Assembly (NCBI GenBank): GCA_018829185.1
Contig: JAHJUI010000014.1
Location: forward strand, 1 to 56,680
Direction of reading: 5' to 3'
Source of the DNA: Nanobdellota archaeon
GTDB lineage: Archaea; Nanobdellota; Nanobdellia; SCGC-AAA011-G17; PNOQ01
DNA length: 56,680 bases
Below, in pieces: positions 18,195-27,499 of the stretch (within the stretch, counting starts at the first letter, position 1; every line of letters begins with the position of its first letter). Made by a program: the position numbers and the translations under genes. The notes under the pieces are model-generated. The model did not search any database. It was given only the letters and a program-made list of their open reading frames with translations, and was not told the origin of the DNA.

Positions 18195-18692
18195 ATGTCA
18201 AGAATAATTAATAATCAAAAAAATCAGAGTTTAGGAAATCTTGAAGTTACTCGTGGGGATTTAGTGGCTTTTGATAATAGGGATTCTGACTTTTCACAAC
18301 TTTTTATTATAGCTAGAGCAATAGCCTTAATTCCCGGTCATCATGATGGAGAAAATGCACTTAAATTGGGGTATTGGGCACATTCTGCTGGAGGCGACCG
18401 AGAAGAATGGACTCTTTATAGTAAAGGGAAGATTTTGGGATTATGGACTCCAAGAGGTAGTTATGAAAGACTAGAACCACACTATGAAATAATAGACCCA
18501 ACAGATCTTAAGCAGGTTTATGATGTTGAGAGGGCCTTTTCCGGAACTTCTTTTTTAGATGGATTAAAAGAATTTTCAGGTTTTTATGGTTCTTGTATGG
18601 TAGAAGGATTAAAAGCTGCAAGAGAGCTTGAAGAAAGAAATCTTAGAGATGCTGGTTTTGGGTTAGTTGGATTGAGTCTGCTTGAATCTTAA
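18195..18692 (+). CDS. hypothetical protein
   Basis: 165-aa ORF. No motif recognised. Confidence 0.5.
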   Translation: MSRIINNQKNQSLGNLEVTRGDLVAFDNRDSDFSQLFIIARAIALIPGHHDGENALKLGYWAHSAGGDREEWTLYSKGKILGLWTPRGSYERLEPHYEIIDPTDLKQVYDVERAFSGTSFLDGLKEFSGFYGSCMVEGLKAARELEERNLRDAGFGLVGLSLLES

Positions 18693-18742
18693 AAGTAACA
18701 TTTCAAAAGTTTTATAAAGAGTTAATTTCTCTTAAAATTAAA

Positions 18743-18916
18743 ATGGCAGAAAAGATGCAAATGCCTTCGGGTATGGGTGGTTTAGTTCGTTACTTTGATG
18801 ATTACAAAAGTAAGATAGAGTTTAAACCTATAATTGTTATTGTTATGATAATTGTTGCAATAATTCTTGAGATTATTTTGCATAGAATGGGAAATGGTTG
18901 GTTTGGTTTACAATGA
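18743..18916 (+). CDS. secG: preprotein translocase subunit Sec61-beta
   Basis: MAEKMQMPSGMGGLVRYFDDY...KPIIVIVMIIVAIILEIIL is a tail-anchored Sec61-beta pattern. 57 aa, not in the ORF track. Confidence 0.7.
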   Translation: MAEKMQMPSGMGGLVRYFDDYKSKIEFKPIIVIVMIIVAIILEIILHRMGNGWFGLQ

Positions 18917-19239
18917 TGCCTGGTATGAATCCTAGACAAATGCAGAAGATGATGAAAAAGATGGGTATTTCTCAAACTGAGATACCTGCAACTGAAGTTA
19001 TTATTAAAGGTGAAACAGATTATGTTATTAGAAATCCAAATGTTTTGAAAGTTAATATGCAAGGGCAAGAGACTTTGCAAATAACTGGAGATTTAGAAGA
19101 AATGGATTCTATTTCTGAAGAAGATGTTAAAACTGTTTCTGAGCAAGCTGAAGTTTCTTTGGAAGAAGCAAGAAAAGCTTTAGAAAAAAATCAGGGAGAC
19201 TTGGCTTCTGCTATATTATTTTTAACTAAGAATAAATAG
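18913..19239 (+). CDS. nac: nascent polypeptide-associated complex protein
   Basis: MMPGMNPRQMQKMMKKMGI...VIRNPNVLKVNMQGQETLQITG is the NAC domain. The C-terminal UBA-like part is EEARKALEKNQGDLASAILFL. The ATG overlaps the secG stop. Confidence 0.8.
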   Translation: MMPGMNPRQMQKMMKKMGISQTEIPATEVIIKGETDYVIRNPNVLKVNMQGQETLQITGDLEEMDSISEEDVKTVSEQAEVSLEEARKALEKNQGDLASAILFLTKNK

Positions 19240-20252
19240 TTTTCTATTTTAGTTGCTATAGATTTTTCCCAGTCTTTTTTATAATCAGTTGTCATTATTT
19301 TAACTCCTTGATTCTTGCTGAAATCAAAAACATTTACTCCCCCAAAGTTGTTTAAATAACCGTAGTTTTTCCACCAGTTGTTTATTACCAAAAAATTTAC
19401 TTTTTTATTTGTGTTAAATATGATGATTCCCTTTAATATGTCTGATAGTATATGTATTCTGGTGTTTCCTATGTTTTTTATATTTTTTAAGTTTATGGAT
19501 GTTAATTCAGTTACGCAATCTGGGTTTATTTTCAACAATTTGATGTCATGTATTTGTCCTTGTGATATGCATAAAACAGGATATTTTTTGATTAAGTATT
19601 TAGCTAATTCAAATTCTTCTTTTGTTGGAAAAAATCGTTTAGTTAATTTAAAATTTTTATCATTTAAGCAAATGTAATTTATTTTACAAGATTCTTGAAT
19701 GAAGAAAGTTAATTTCCCTGTTAACTTGTAAATATCATTGGATGCCTTTGAGATAAATGAATTTCTTGAATAATCTATTGTAGTAGGTTTTATTATAGCA
19801 TAATTTTTTCTTTTATCTATGTAGATAGAGGTTATATTTTTTTCTTTAAAATAATCACACAAACCTCTAGAGTTTATCACTATCTTTGTTGAATTTTTAA
19901 ATGTTTTAGAACTAATGGATTTGAACCAAAAATTAGTTTTTTCTAACTTAACTAAACCTTTTACATGCTTTATTATTTTGGCTAAATCTTTACAATTTGT
20001 GTATATTTTTATATCTATCTTTTTATTACATATTTTTAGTTTGCTTTGAGGAATGTGCAGTTTAATTGATCTGTCTGATTCATAAAAAGTTACTTTTTTT
20101 CCATCTTTTTTGATTAAAACAGAGCATGAATCTTTTGATAAGTTTAGTAATTCAAATCGGTAGTTTTTGTTTTTTAAAAATTTGAATGAAGTATTGTAAA
20201 CACAAACCACCCTTTTTCTTACAATTCCTTTAAATTTAAATGGTCCAAACAT
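19191..20252 (-). CDS. hypothetical protein (353 aa)
   Basis: Long ORF with its own TATA box and the same conserved upstream element as the LAGLIDADG gene at 3904. No family recognised. Its 3' end overlaps nac by 49 nt. Confidence 0.55.
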   Translation of the reverse strand: MFGPFKFKGIVRKRVVCVYNTSFKFLKNKNYRFELLNLSKDSCSVLIKKDGKKVTFYESDRSIKLHIPQSKLKICNKKIDIKIYTNCKDLAKIIKHVKGLVKLEKTNFWFKSISSKTFKNSTKIVINSRGLCDYFKEKNITSIYIDKRKNYAIIKPTTIDYSRNSFISKASNDIYKLTGKLTFFIQESCKINYICLNDKNFKLTKRFFPTKEEFELAKYLIKKYPVLCISQGQIHDIKLLKINPDCVTELTSINLKNIKNIGNTRIHILSDILKGIIIFNTNKKVNFLVINNWWKNYGYLNNFGGVNVFDFSKNQGVKIMTTDYKKDWEKSIATKIENYLFLVKNNIAEAKSP

Positions 20253-20272
20253 GGAATATAATTGGTTAGAGC

Positions 20273-20316
20273 CTTTATAAGGTCTTCTCGCGTACTTGTC
20301 GTTGTTGTCACAGTGG
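20273..20316 (-). promoter_or_regulatory. TATA box plus conserved upstream element CCACTGTGACAACAACGACAAGTACG
   Basis: Differs at 1 of 25 positions from the element at 3944-3968. Same position relative to the TATA box and the ATG. Confidence 0.5.
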
Positions 20317-20384
20317 TGATTTGGCAGAAGCTATTTTGAAGTTAAAACAATAAACTTTTAAAGTGATAATGTTATTTTTACTTT

Positions 20385-21323
20385 ATGGATTTACTTCATA
20401 CTGAAAAAAATCTTATTTTTAATGAAAAGGGTAATGAGATTAATTTTAAGGGGGTTTCTATAGCAGATCCTTTTTGGATTAAAAATGTTGATAAACTAAA
20501 TCCCCTTGATGTTGTTAAAAAAGCAAAGACTCTTGGTTCTAATATAATTAGAGTGCCAATCCATCCAGGTTATTGGAGATATGAAAAAAATTATCTTAAA
20601 AAATACATTGATCCAGTAGTTAGTTTGTCTCAGAAGCTTAAACTATATTTGCTTCTTGATTGGCATCCGATAGGGAATCCTAAAACAAATGAAACAAGAA
20701 GAAATGATAAAATAGGAAAATACCTGGTTCATGATGTAAATTTAAATTTAGCCAAAAAAGCATTAAAAGAGATTTCTGGGAAGTATCAAAAAAGGTCTAA
20801 TGTGATTTATGAAATTTTTAATGAGCCAGCACCAGGAGATAATCCCCCAGCATTCATGAAGATTAAACCTTTGTATTGGAAAGATTGGAAACCAATTGCT
20901 GAAGATTTAGTTGAAGTTGTTCGCAAAGAAAATCCTTTTTCTTTGATTGTTGTTGGTGGAACAAAATGGGCTTATGATTTAAGTAAAGTTAGACAGAACC
21001 CTGTAAATAAAGAAAATATAGTTTATGCAGTGCACCCATATCCAATACACAAAGACTGGGATAAAGCATTTGGGAGAACATCTAAAAAATACCCCGTTCT
21101 TGTTACAGAATTTGGTTTTAAAAAGAAAACAAGGGAAAAATTTATGAGGGGGACTAAAACTGGTTATGCCAAACCAATTTTTAAGTATCTTAAGAAACAT
21201 AAAATTGGATGGATTGCTTGGTGTTTTAATCATAAATGGGGGCCCAGAATGCTAGACTCTTGGGAGCCTTTGAAGTATACTGAATGGGGCCAAATTGTTA
21301 AAGAAGAACTAAAAAACAAATAA
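20385..21323 (+). CDS. glycoside hydrolase family 5-like (cellulase-type)
   Basis: IYEIFNEPAPG (acid/base Glu in NEP) and PVLVTEFGF (nucleophile Glu). (beta/alpha)8-type spacing. Confidence 0.75.
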   Translation: MDLLHTEKNLIFNEKGNEINFKGVSIADPFWIKNVDKLNPLDVVKKAKTLGSNIIRVPIHPGYWRYEKNYLKKYIDPVVSLSQKLKLYLLLDWHPIGNPKTNETRRNDKIGKYLVHDVNLNLAKKALKEISGKYQKRSNVIYEIFNEPAPGDNPPAFMKIKPLYWKDWKPIAEDLVEVVRKENPFSLIVVGGTKWAYDLSKVRQNPVNKENIVYAVHPYPIHKDWDKAFGRTSKKYPVLVTEFGFKKKTREKFMRGTKTGYAKPIFKYLKKHKIGWIAWCFNHKWGPRMLDSWEPLKYTEWGQIVKEELKNK

Positions 21324-21354
21324 ACTTTTATATTTTGATATATTCTTCTTTTTA

Positions 21355-21822
21355 ATGGAGAAATATGAAGAACTTCTGATTGAGATGGATAGAGCTTTTA
21401 AAACAGCAGACCATCTTGCTTATGTTACTTATCCAATTGTAAAAGAAATTAGATTGTTAATGAGTATTATTGAGAATTTAGATAGAGCATTAAAGGCTGG
21501 AATGAATGCAGTTTTAGAATATGATCGGTTGTATAAGAGGATTGGACCATTACAAGAGAGTTTTGAAATTAGATTGGATTTATTTAAATCAAAAATTATT
21601 ATGAGGCATGCAATTAATAGAGAATATGCAGAGTTAATTGAAATGATGCATGAGTTAGTTACTTACAAACAAAAAAGTCCAATGGTTTTTCAGAGAAAGG
21701 ACAAATATGTTATATCCAACCAAAAATATAAGCTTAAAACATTGACGATTGAGGACGTCAAAAAGTACGTTGAAAAAGCAAAACCTTTTATATTTAAGGT
21801 GCACAATATAATATCTAGGTAA
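21355..21822 (+). CDS. hypothetical helical protein, paralog 1
   Basis: Shares the N-terminal ADHLAYVTYP / VDHLVYVTLK motif and its length with the next gene. Confidence 0.5.
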   Translation: MEKYEELLIEMDRAFKTADHLAYVTYPIVKEIRLLMSIIENLDRALKAGMNAVLEYDRLYKRIGPLQESFEIRLDLFKSKIIMRHAINREYAELIEMMHELVTYKQKSPMVFQRKDKYVISNQKYKLKTLTIEDVKKYVEKAKPFIFKVHNIISR

Positions 21823-21828
21823 ACTATT

Positions 21829-22275
21829 ATGTTTGAAGAGAATCGGGCTAAGGAAGAATTGAAGAGAGTTGATCATCTCGTTTACGTAACCTTAAAATAT
21901 ACTCGTACATGTGATGTTATTAAAAATACGATTGAGAGATTAATTAATGCATTTGAAGCTGCATTTGATCAAGGTTTAGAATATGCTCAGAAAAAGAAAA
22001 AAATAAAAATTATTCCAGATTCAAATAGGCTAAAGGGTGAAGTGCTCCAAAAAGTTTGTAAGAAGAGGGGAGTAAAAAAATATTTTGAGCTTTACCTTTT
22101 ATTAAGAGATCTTTATGTTGCGGAGTTTGGAAGAAAAGAAGAGTATAGAAAACATGTTGCAATGGTTTGTACGCTGGATAGGGGAAAAATCATTGAAGTT
22201 GACATTCCTATTTTGATGGGGTATTTTGATCAAACAAAAGAATTTGTAAAAATAATTGAGGATTGGACAAAATGA
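21829..22275 (+). CDS. hypothetical helical protein, paralog 2
   Basis: Paralog of 21355..21822. Its stop overlaps the minD-like ATG. Confidence 0.5.
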   Translation: MFEENRAKEELKRVDHLVYVTLKYTRTCDVIKNTIERLINAFEAAFDQGLEYAQKKKKIKIIPDSNRLKGEVLQKVCKKRGVKKYFELYLLLRDLYVAEFGRKEEYRKHVAMVCTLDRGKIIEVDIPILMGYFDQTKEFVKIIEDWTK

Positions 22276-23027
22276 GCGTAATTGTTGGAATATTATCTGG
22301 AAAGGGCGGAGCTGCAAAGACAACTACTGCCTTGAATTTGGCTGCTGCTTTTAATCATTTTGGTCGTGATGTTGTTTTAGTTGATGGTAATTTATCAACT
22401 CCAAATGTTGGTTTGCATTTGGGTGTTCCAATTGTTCCTATTAATTTACATCATGTTGTTAAAGGAATGAATCATATTACTGAAGCAATTTATATGCATC
22501 ATTCTGGATTGAAATTTGTTCCCGCAGGAATTTCTATTAATGATTTAAGTAATACAGTTCCGGAGAATATGTCTAAAGTTTTACATGGTTTACATGGACT
22601 TGCTGATATAGTTGTTGTCGATGGTGCTCCTGGTTTAGGTCGTGAGGCATTAAGTATTATGGATTCTGTTGATGATCTTATTATTGTTACAAATCCTGAG
22701 CTGCCCGCTATAACTGATGCTTTGAAAACTATTAAATTTGCAGAGAATCGTGGCAAGCAGGTTAAAGGAGTTGTTATTGCAAAGTCTGGTAAGAATCATG
22801 ATATTTCTTTAGCTAATATACAAGCGCTTTTAGAGAAACCAATTTTGGCTGTTATCCCAGAAGATTATGCTATTCGTGAAAGTTTGGTTCAGAAAGATGC
22901 TGTTATTCATACTCACCCAAAAAGTAAATCTGCTATTGCTTATAAGAAACTAGCTGCTGATTTGATTGGAATGAGTTATGATGTTGAGTATAAAGAAAGT
23001 TTTTGGAAGAAGTTTTTTAATAGATAG
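22272..23027 (+). CDS. minD: MinD/ParA-family ATPase
   Basis: GILSGKGGAAKTTTALNLA is a deviant Walker A. VVVDGAPG. Ends in TAG. Confidence 0.8.
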   Translation: MSVIVGILSGKGGAAKTTTALNLAAAFNHFGRDVVLVDGNLSTPNVGLHLGVPIVPINLHHVVKGMNHITEAIYMHHSGLKFVPAGISINDLSNTVPENMSKVLHGLHGLADIVVVDGAPGLGREALSIMDSVDDLIIVTNPELPAITDALKTIKFAENRGKQVKGVVIAKSGKNHDISLANIQALLEKPILAVIPEDYAIRESLVQKDAVIHTHPKSKSAIAYKKLAADLIGMSYDVEYKESFWKKFFNR

Positions 23028-23168
23028 GAACCTTTAAATATCACCTATATTCTAGAGTATATAGATTAAAATGAAACGAGTTGATTTAGTTCATTGTTAG
23101 TGAAGATTTTTCTAGTTACTGCTTTTTCAAAAAACTTTATAAAGAACTAGATGGAGGTATTTTTATAT

Positions 23169-23242
23169 GACGGCAGTGGTGTAGTGGTTAACATTCAAGC
23201 CTGTGGAGCTTGAGATCGCGAGTTCGATTCTCGCCTGCCGCC
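23169..23242 (+). tRNA. tRNA-His(GTG) with encoded G-1
   Basis: CAAGC-CTGTGGA-GCTTG anticodon arm. GCGAG-TTCGATT-CTCGC T arm. 8-bp acceptor with G-1:C73. TATA-like CTTTATAAAG about 26 nt upstream. Confidence 0.85.
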
Positions 23243-23256
23243 CTTCAAAATTTAAA

Positions 23257-24405
23257 ATGGAAACTGTAAAAGGATTCAAGGATTGTTCAGGAGAAGAAGC
23301 AATAAAGAGACAGAGGATTAAAGAGATTTTAGTAAAGAATTTTGAACTTTATGGTTTTGAACCAGCTGAAACCCCAATTGTTGAATTTGAAGAGTTTGTA
23401 AAAGGAGAAAATGTTAATGATGAAGCAGTTTCTGAAATTTTTAAATTACAAGATAGAGGTAAAAGAAAATTAGCTTTGAGATATGAGTTTACATTTCAAT
23501 TAAAGAGATTGGCTAGTAACAAAAAATTGCCTTATAAAATATATCAAATTGGTGCAGTATTTAGAGATGAACCTGTAAATGCAAATAGATTTAGACAATT
23601 TACTCAATGTGATGTGGATGTTATTGGTTCTTCATTGAAAGAAGATGCAGCAATACTTGCTTTGACTTCTAAGGTTTTAAGGGAGTTAGGGATTAAAGCA
23701 GAAATTAATGTTAATAACAGAAAATTATTGAATGAGATTTTAGAGAAAGAAGGGGTAGTTAAAAAAGAAGAAGTTATTAGAGAATTAGATAAATTAGATA
23801 AACTTCCTGAGAAAGATGTTAAAGAAAATTTAAAAAAATATAAAGCTGAAAAAATAATAAATATTTTTAAGAAAACAGATAGTTTTTTTGAACAATATGA
23901 TGCTTATGATGAAATAAAAGAATTAAAGAAATATTGTAATTATTATGGTGTTAAATTTAATTTTCAATCTAATTTAGCTAGGGGTCTAAGTTATTATAAT
24001 GGAACTATTTTTGAAGTTAAAACAAAAGATGTTAAGGAAACTGTTTGTGCTGGTGGAAGTTATTTAGTCAATGGGGTACAAAGTGTAGGAATTTCATTTG
24101 GTTTAGAAAGATTGAGTGCTTTAGCAAATGTTGAAATTAAAGGCAATAAAATTTTATTAATTTCAATTGGACAAGATGAAGAAACAATGAAATTAAGTGA
24201 AGAATTAAGAAATGAAGATATTCCTTGTTTAATTGCGTTCGGACAAATTTCAAGGGCCCTAGGATATGCAAATTCAATTAATGCAGATTATGTTATTTTT
24301 GTAGGTGAGAAAGAAGTTAAGAAAGGAAAATTTAAACTTAAAGATATGGATTCTGGAAAAGAAGACATGTTAAAAATAAAAGAAATAATAAAAAAGTTAA
24401 AATAA
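23257..24405 (+). CDS. hisS: histidyl-tRNA synthetase (short form)
   Basis: METVKGFKD...FELYGFEPAETPIVE...LRYEFTFQLKR...IGAVFRDE...RFRQFTQCDVD...GGSY. The ATG lies 14 nt after tRNA-His. The track start at 23203 runs through the tRNA. Confidence 0.8.
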   Translation: METVKGFKDCSGEEAIKRQRIKEILVKNFELYGFEPAETPIVEFEEFVKGENVNDEAVSEIFKLQDRGKRKLALRYEFTFQLKRLASNKKLPYKIYQIGAVFRDEPVNANRFRQFTQCDVDVIGSSLKEDAAILALTSKVLRELGIKAEINVNNRKLLNEILEKEGVVKKEEVIRELDKLDKLPEKDVKENLKKYKAEKIINIFKKTDSFFEQYDAYDEIKELKKYCNYYGVKFNFQSNLARGLSYYNGTIFEVKTKDVKETVCAGGSYLVNGVQSVGISFGLERLSALANVEIKGNKILLISIGQDEETMKLSEELRNEDIPCLIAFGQISRALGYANSINADYVIFVGEKEVKKGKFKLKDMDSGKEDMLKIKEIIKKLK

Positions 24406-24407
24406 TT

Positions 24408-24773
24408 TTATTTGTAAATTAAACCAGTTATGGCCCCAATTATTCCTAAAATTGGACCGATTAACCATCCTTGAGCTGTTACTAATGCTAAAATACTAAA
24501 TATAAGGATTAAATTGAATCCAGTTATTCTGTTTTTTGCATCTTGAACAAGGATATAACCTACAACTATTAATGCTCCACATAAGATTCCCCATAATCCG
24601 ATTGATGTACCTTGAATTCCTAATAACCAAAACTCTACTGTGTTGCCTACTATCATAGCAAATATACCGGCAATTAGAGTTATTATTCCGCCTATTAGTA
24701 CTAAAGTATCTGCAATTTTGATGTTGCCATCTTTTTTAACAACAGGTTTACGGGTTTTCTTTCTTTTTGCTAT
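24408..24773 (-). CDS. small membrane protein, probable ATA start
   Basis: AAGGAGGTG (24788-24780) lies 6 nt before ATA (24773-24771). The extension KIAKRKKTRKPVVKKDGNIKIADTLVLIGGIITLIAGIFA adds a basic N-terminus plus a TM helix ahead of the track ATG at 24656. Confidence 0.5.
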   Translation of the reverse strand: MAKRKKTRKPVVKKDGNIKIADTLVLIGGIITLIAGIFAMIVGNTVEFWLLGIQGTSIGLWGILCGALIVVGYILVQDAKNRITGFNLILIFSILALVTAQGWLIGPILGIIGAITGLIYK

Positions 24774-24788
24774 TTTCTACACCTCCTT

Positions 24789-25403
24789 TTATACCTTTGA
24801 ATAAATACTTCCAAATAATGTTAACATTGTCACACCAAGAATAAAGCTAGCAATTGCTGAACCTACGTATGGTATAAATCCCAATATGTAGCTTACTATA
24901 AATGCATATATTATTACAAATAGCCAGGCCAAGGAATATTTTCCTGTGAATGATTTCTTAAATATTTTTTTGAAATCAAATCCGGCTGAAAATTTGTAGG
25001 TCATTGCATAGTTCGTTAATGCCATTGGTGAAATGTATGCTGCAATTATTAATAAGACTAAGCCACTTAAAATAACTGGTCCACTTGTCGCGATCATTGA
25101 AAATACGTCTTCAGTAAAAAACCCAGTTAGGAAAGCTGTGCCTATTCCTATTGTAAATAATATTAAAGCTGGAAGCATATAAATTATTCCAATAATCATT
25201 GCTAAAAGGCCTCTTACAAATAAGTTACCCCAATTTTTCCAATCAGGAAGCTTGAATTTATTTTTATTTGCGGTTTTTGCACATTCAAGTTGATAACCTG
25301 AAGATATGAAATTTACAATTGGAACAATGCTTAATAAGATCCCAATTAGAAGTTTAACCACATCAGTGAAAGGTCGTTTGAATGCTTCTCCATATTTTGT
25401 CAT
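24789..25403 (-). CDS. polytopic membrane protein (DUF4013-like)
   Basis: MTKYGEAFKRPFTDVVKLLIG...SGYQLECAK. AGAGGTG lies 5 nt before the ATG. Confidence 0.6.
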   Translation of the reverse strand: MTKYGEAFKRPFTDVVKLLIGILLSIVPIVNFISSGYQLECAKTANKNKFKLPDWKNWGNLFVRGLLAMIIGIIYMLPALILFTIGIGTAFLTGFFTEDVFSMIATSGPVILSGLVLLIIAAYISPMALTNYAMTYKFSAGFDFKKIFKKSFTGKYSLAWLFVIIYAFIVSYILGFIPYVGSAIASFILGVTMLTLFGSIYSKV

Positions 25404-25425
25404 TTTTACACCTCTTTTTTATAAT

Positions 25426-26166
25426 TTAATTTTGATTTTCTTGGTTTATAAACTTTTTTGATATCAATTTTATATCAATTTCACCAAAATGTTTTTTTTG
25501 ATTGAGATCTACCTTTTCTTGGTTAGCTAAATGTAGTAAAGGAACTATGGTGTAAATTTTATCTTCTTTTTTATCTGAGTTTGTTAGTTCAGTGAAAGTT
25601 AAGTCTTCTTTTGTTTTGAAGAAATCTTTTATTTTCCCATAAACTGTTTTTATTAAAGAACTTATATCTACTTTTTTTTCTGGAAGTTCCATATGTACTT
25701 TATTTCTTTCACGTTCTATTACTCTTATTTTTCTTTTCTTATCTACCTCTAATGCTTTTTCTAAGGCACTAACTAAATCTTGAATAGAAACTTTTCTCTT
25801 TCTTGATTGAGGTGTTTTTATTGTAAGCCTTGGTTGAGTTTCCAATCTTATTGATTTATCTTCTTGGAAGTCTTCTAGGTCTTCTGCCTCAGTATCAAAT
25901 AGTAAGTTGTCGAAATCTGCAATGTTTTCTGTTAAGAATTTATTTGATTTTATTTTTAATAGTATAGATGATGCAAGAATTACTTTTCCAGATATGAAGA
26001 AATTCATTTCTTGTAATTTTTGAACTGTTTCTAAATATTTTTGAGATAATAAAGAGATATCGATGTCCCAAGGATTCATTTGTTCAGTTTTAACTAAATC
26101 ATATAGTAATGTTTGCCAGGTGATTTCATCTTTTTTAAGAAGCATTTCTAATATTTGATCTTGCAT
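25426..26166 (-). CDS. scpA: segregation and condensation protein A (kleisin)
   Basis: MQDQILEMLL...NPWDIDISLLSQKYLETVQKLQEMNFFISGKVILASSILLKIKS. TTTATAAA lies about 25 nt upstream of the ATG at 26166. Confidence 0.65.
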   Translation of the reverse strand: MQDQILEMLLKKDEITWQTLLYDLVKTEQMNPWDIDISLLSQKYLETVQKLQEMNFFISGKVILASSILLKIKSNKFLTENIADFDNLLFDTEAEDLEDFQEDKSIRLETQPRLTIKTPQSRKRKVSIQDLVSALEKALEVDKKRKIRVIERERNKVHMELPEKKVDISSLIKTVYGKIKDFFKTKEDLTFTELTNSDKKEDKIYTIVPLLHLANQEKVDLNQKKHFGEIDIKLISKKFINQENQN

Positions 26167-26200
26167 AGAATTAAAGTGTGTAAGGAGTTTATAAAGTTTT

Positions 26201-26614
26201 TTAACGGTGAAAGAAAAGGTCAACAAATGGGTCGAATTTTTCTGTTTCTTTATCTCTCTTTTTTGGTTCTAATTCATGATATTCCCAAACATCTTCAATA
26301 GTTCTTTTTGAAAATGGAAGTCTTTGTGAAGCAGTGAATGCATTTCCTTCTGTTGATTCGTGTGCTCCTATGATTTCTTCTGCTTCTCTTGAAGAATGTA
26401 CTTCTCTGCTGCCAAAGGCATATCCATCTTTCCAACCTCTTGGAGTTACTGGGAGATCTCTCCATCTTGCGAAATCTAACACTGCTTCTGCACGAACATA
26501 AATGCCAAGGGCTTTCTTTGATTCTCTCGCTACTGCTTCAGCATTATAGTTTGCTTTAATATACATTTTGCCGAGCGTTTCTAATTGTTCGTCGCTTAAT
26601 TCTTCCCATGTCAT
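26201..26614 (-). CDS. hypothetical protein
   Basis: 137-aa ORF. By eye, richer in G/C-containing codons than its neighbours. Confidence 0.5.
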   Translation of the reverse strand: MTWEELSDEQLETLGKMYIKANYNAEAVARESKKALGIYVRAEAVLDFARWRDLPVTPRGWKDGYAFGSREVHSSREAEEIIGAHESTEGNAFTASQRLPFSKRTIEDVWEYHELEPKKRDKETEKFDPFVDLFFHR

Positions 26615-26675
26615 AGGACTTTTTGTATTTTCAGAAAGCTTTATAAGGTTTTTCTTGTTTCGATTTTTAACGAAA

Positions 26676-26978
26676 ATGGTTAATATGGAGTTAATTCAAA
26701 AGGTTAGGCTTCCATTTAATTGGAAGGGGAGCGGACAGTTGACTTATATTCATACTGAAGAAGAAGGCAGAGAAACATATCAATTAGAAGCTGGAGCTCA
26801 AATGAGTAATAGTTTAGCGATTGGTTTAGGTTTTATTGAATGTGATGGTCAGTATGATTTAACAGGAAGTATAGCAGTTAACCATAAGTTTGGTAGGGCT
26901 ACAGTTGCTGGTGAAGCTACTTGGAATGGCCTTGATGAAAATTTAGAAACCTATTTTGGAATTGAACTTCTTTATTAA
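26676..26978 (+). CDS. hypothetical protein
   Basis: ATG at 26676 lies about 30 nt after CTTTATAAGG. 100 aa. Confidence 0.45.
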   Translation: MVNMELIQKVRLPFNWKGSGQLTYIHTEEEGRETYQLEAGAQMSNSLAIGLGFIECDGQYDLTGSIAVNHKFGRATVAGEATWNGLDENLETYFGIELLY

Positions 26979-27098
26979 TTTCTTTCTTTTTGTTATTTTA
27001 TTGTTAATGTTACTACTCTACCATAGATACAAATAGAAAGCTTTATATATAAGTTCTTACGCTTTAAAATTGTAATATTTATTTGGAGGTAAACTAAA

Positions 27099-27395
27099 AT
27101 GGCAGAACTTAAAATTAGGGAAGGTGTAACAACCTATTTTGGCGGGAAAAATATTGTTAAGAGCTTAAAAGGACAAATTTTAGAAAAGGGAAACCCTTTT
27201 AGAGATTATTTCCCACATAAACCATGGGCACACAGGCCAGTTTATGAGATTCCTGGAGATGCAAGATTTGTTGAAGTAGATGGGACCGATGCGGTTGTAA
27301 GTGTTGGTGTTTGGAGAGATGCAGATCCTTTTAATGCAGAATCAACAGCTAGTCCTTCTCTTAGCGAAATTACTGAAAATAGCGATTCAGAGTAA
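27099..27395 (+). CDS. hypothetical protein
   Basis: GGAGGT SD before the ATG. Upstream promoter module 27009-27049. Confidence 0.5.
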   Translation: MAELKIREGVTTYFGGKNIVKSLKGQILEKGNPFRDYFPHKPWAHRPVYEIPGDARFVEVDGTDAVVSVGVWRDADPFNAESTASPSLSEITENSDSE

Positions 27396-27499
27396 TTCTT
27401 TTTCTTTTTTATAATTTTTAACAAATTAGACATGTTACTACTCTCGGATAGAGTCAAACCGAAAGATTTATAAATAGGTTAATATTACCATAATTATCA

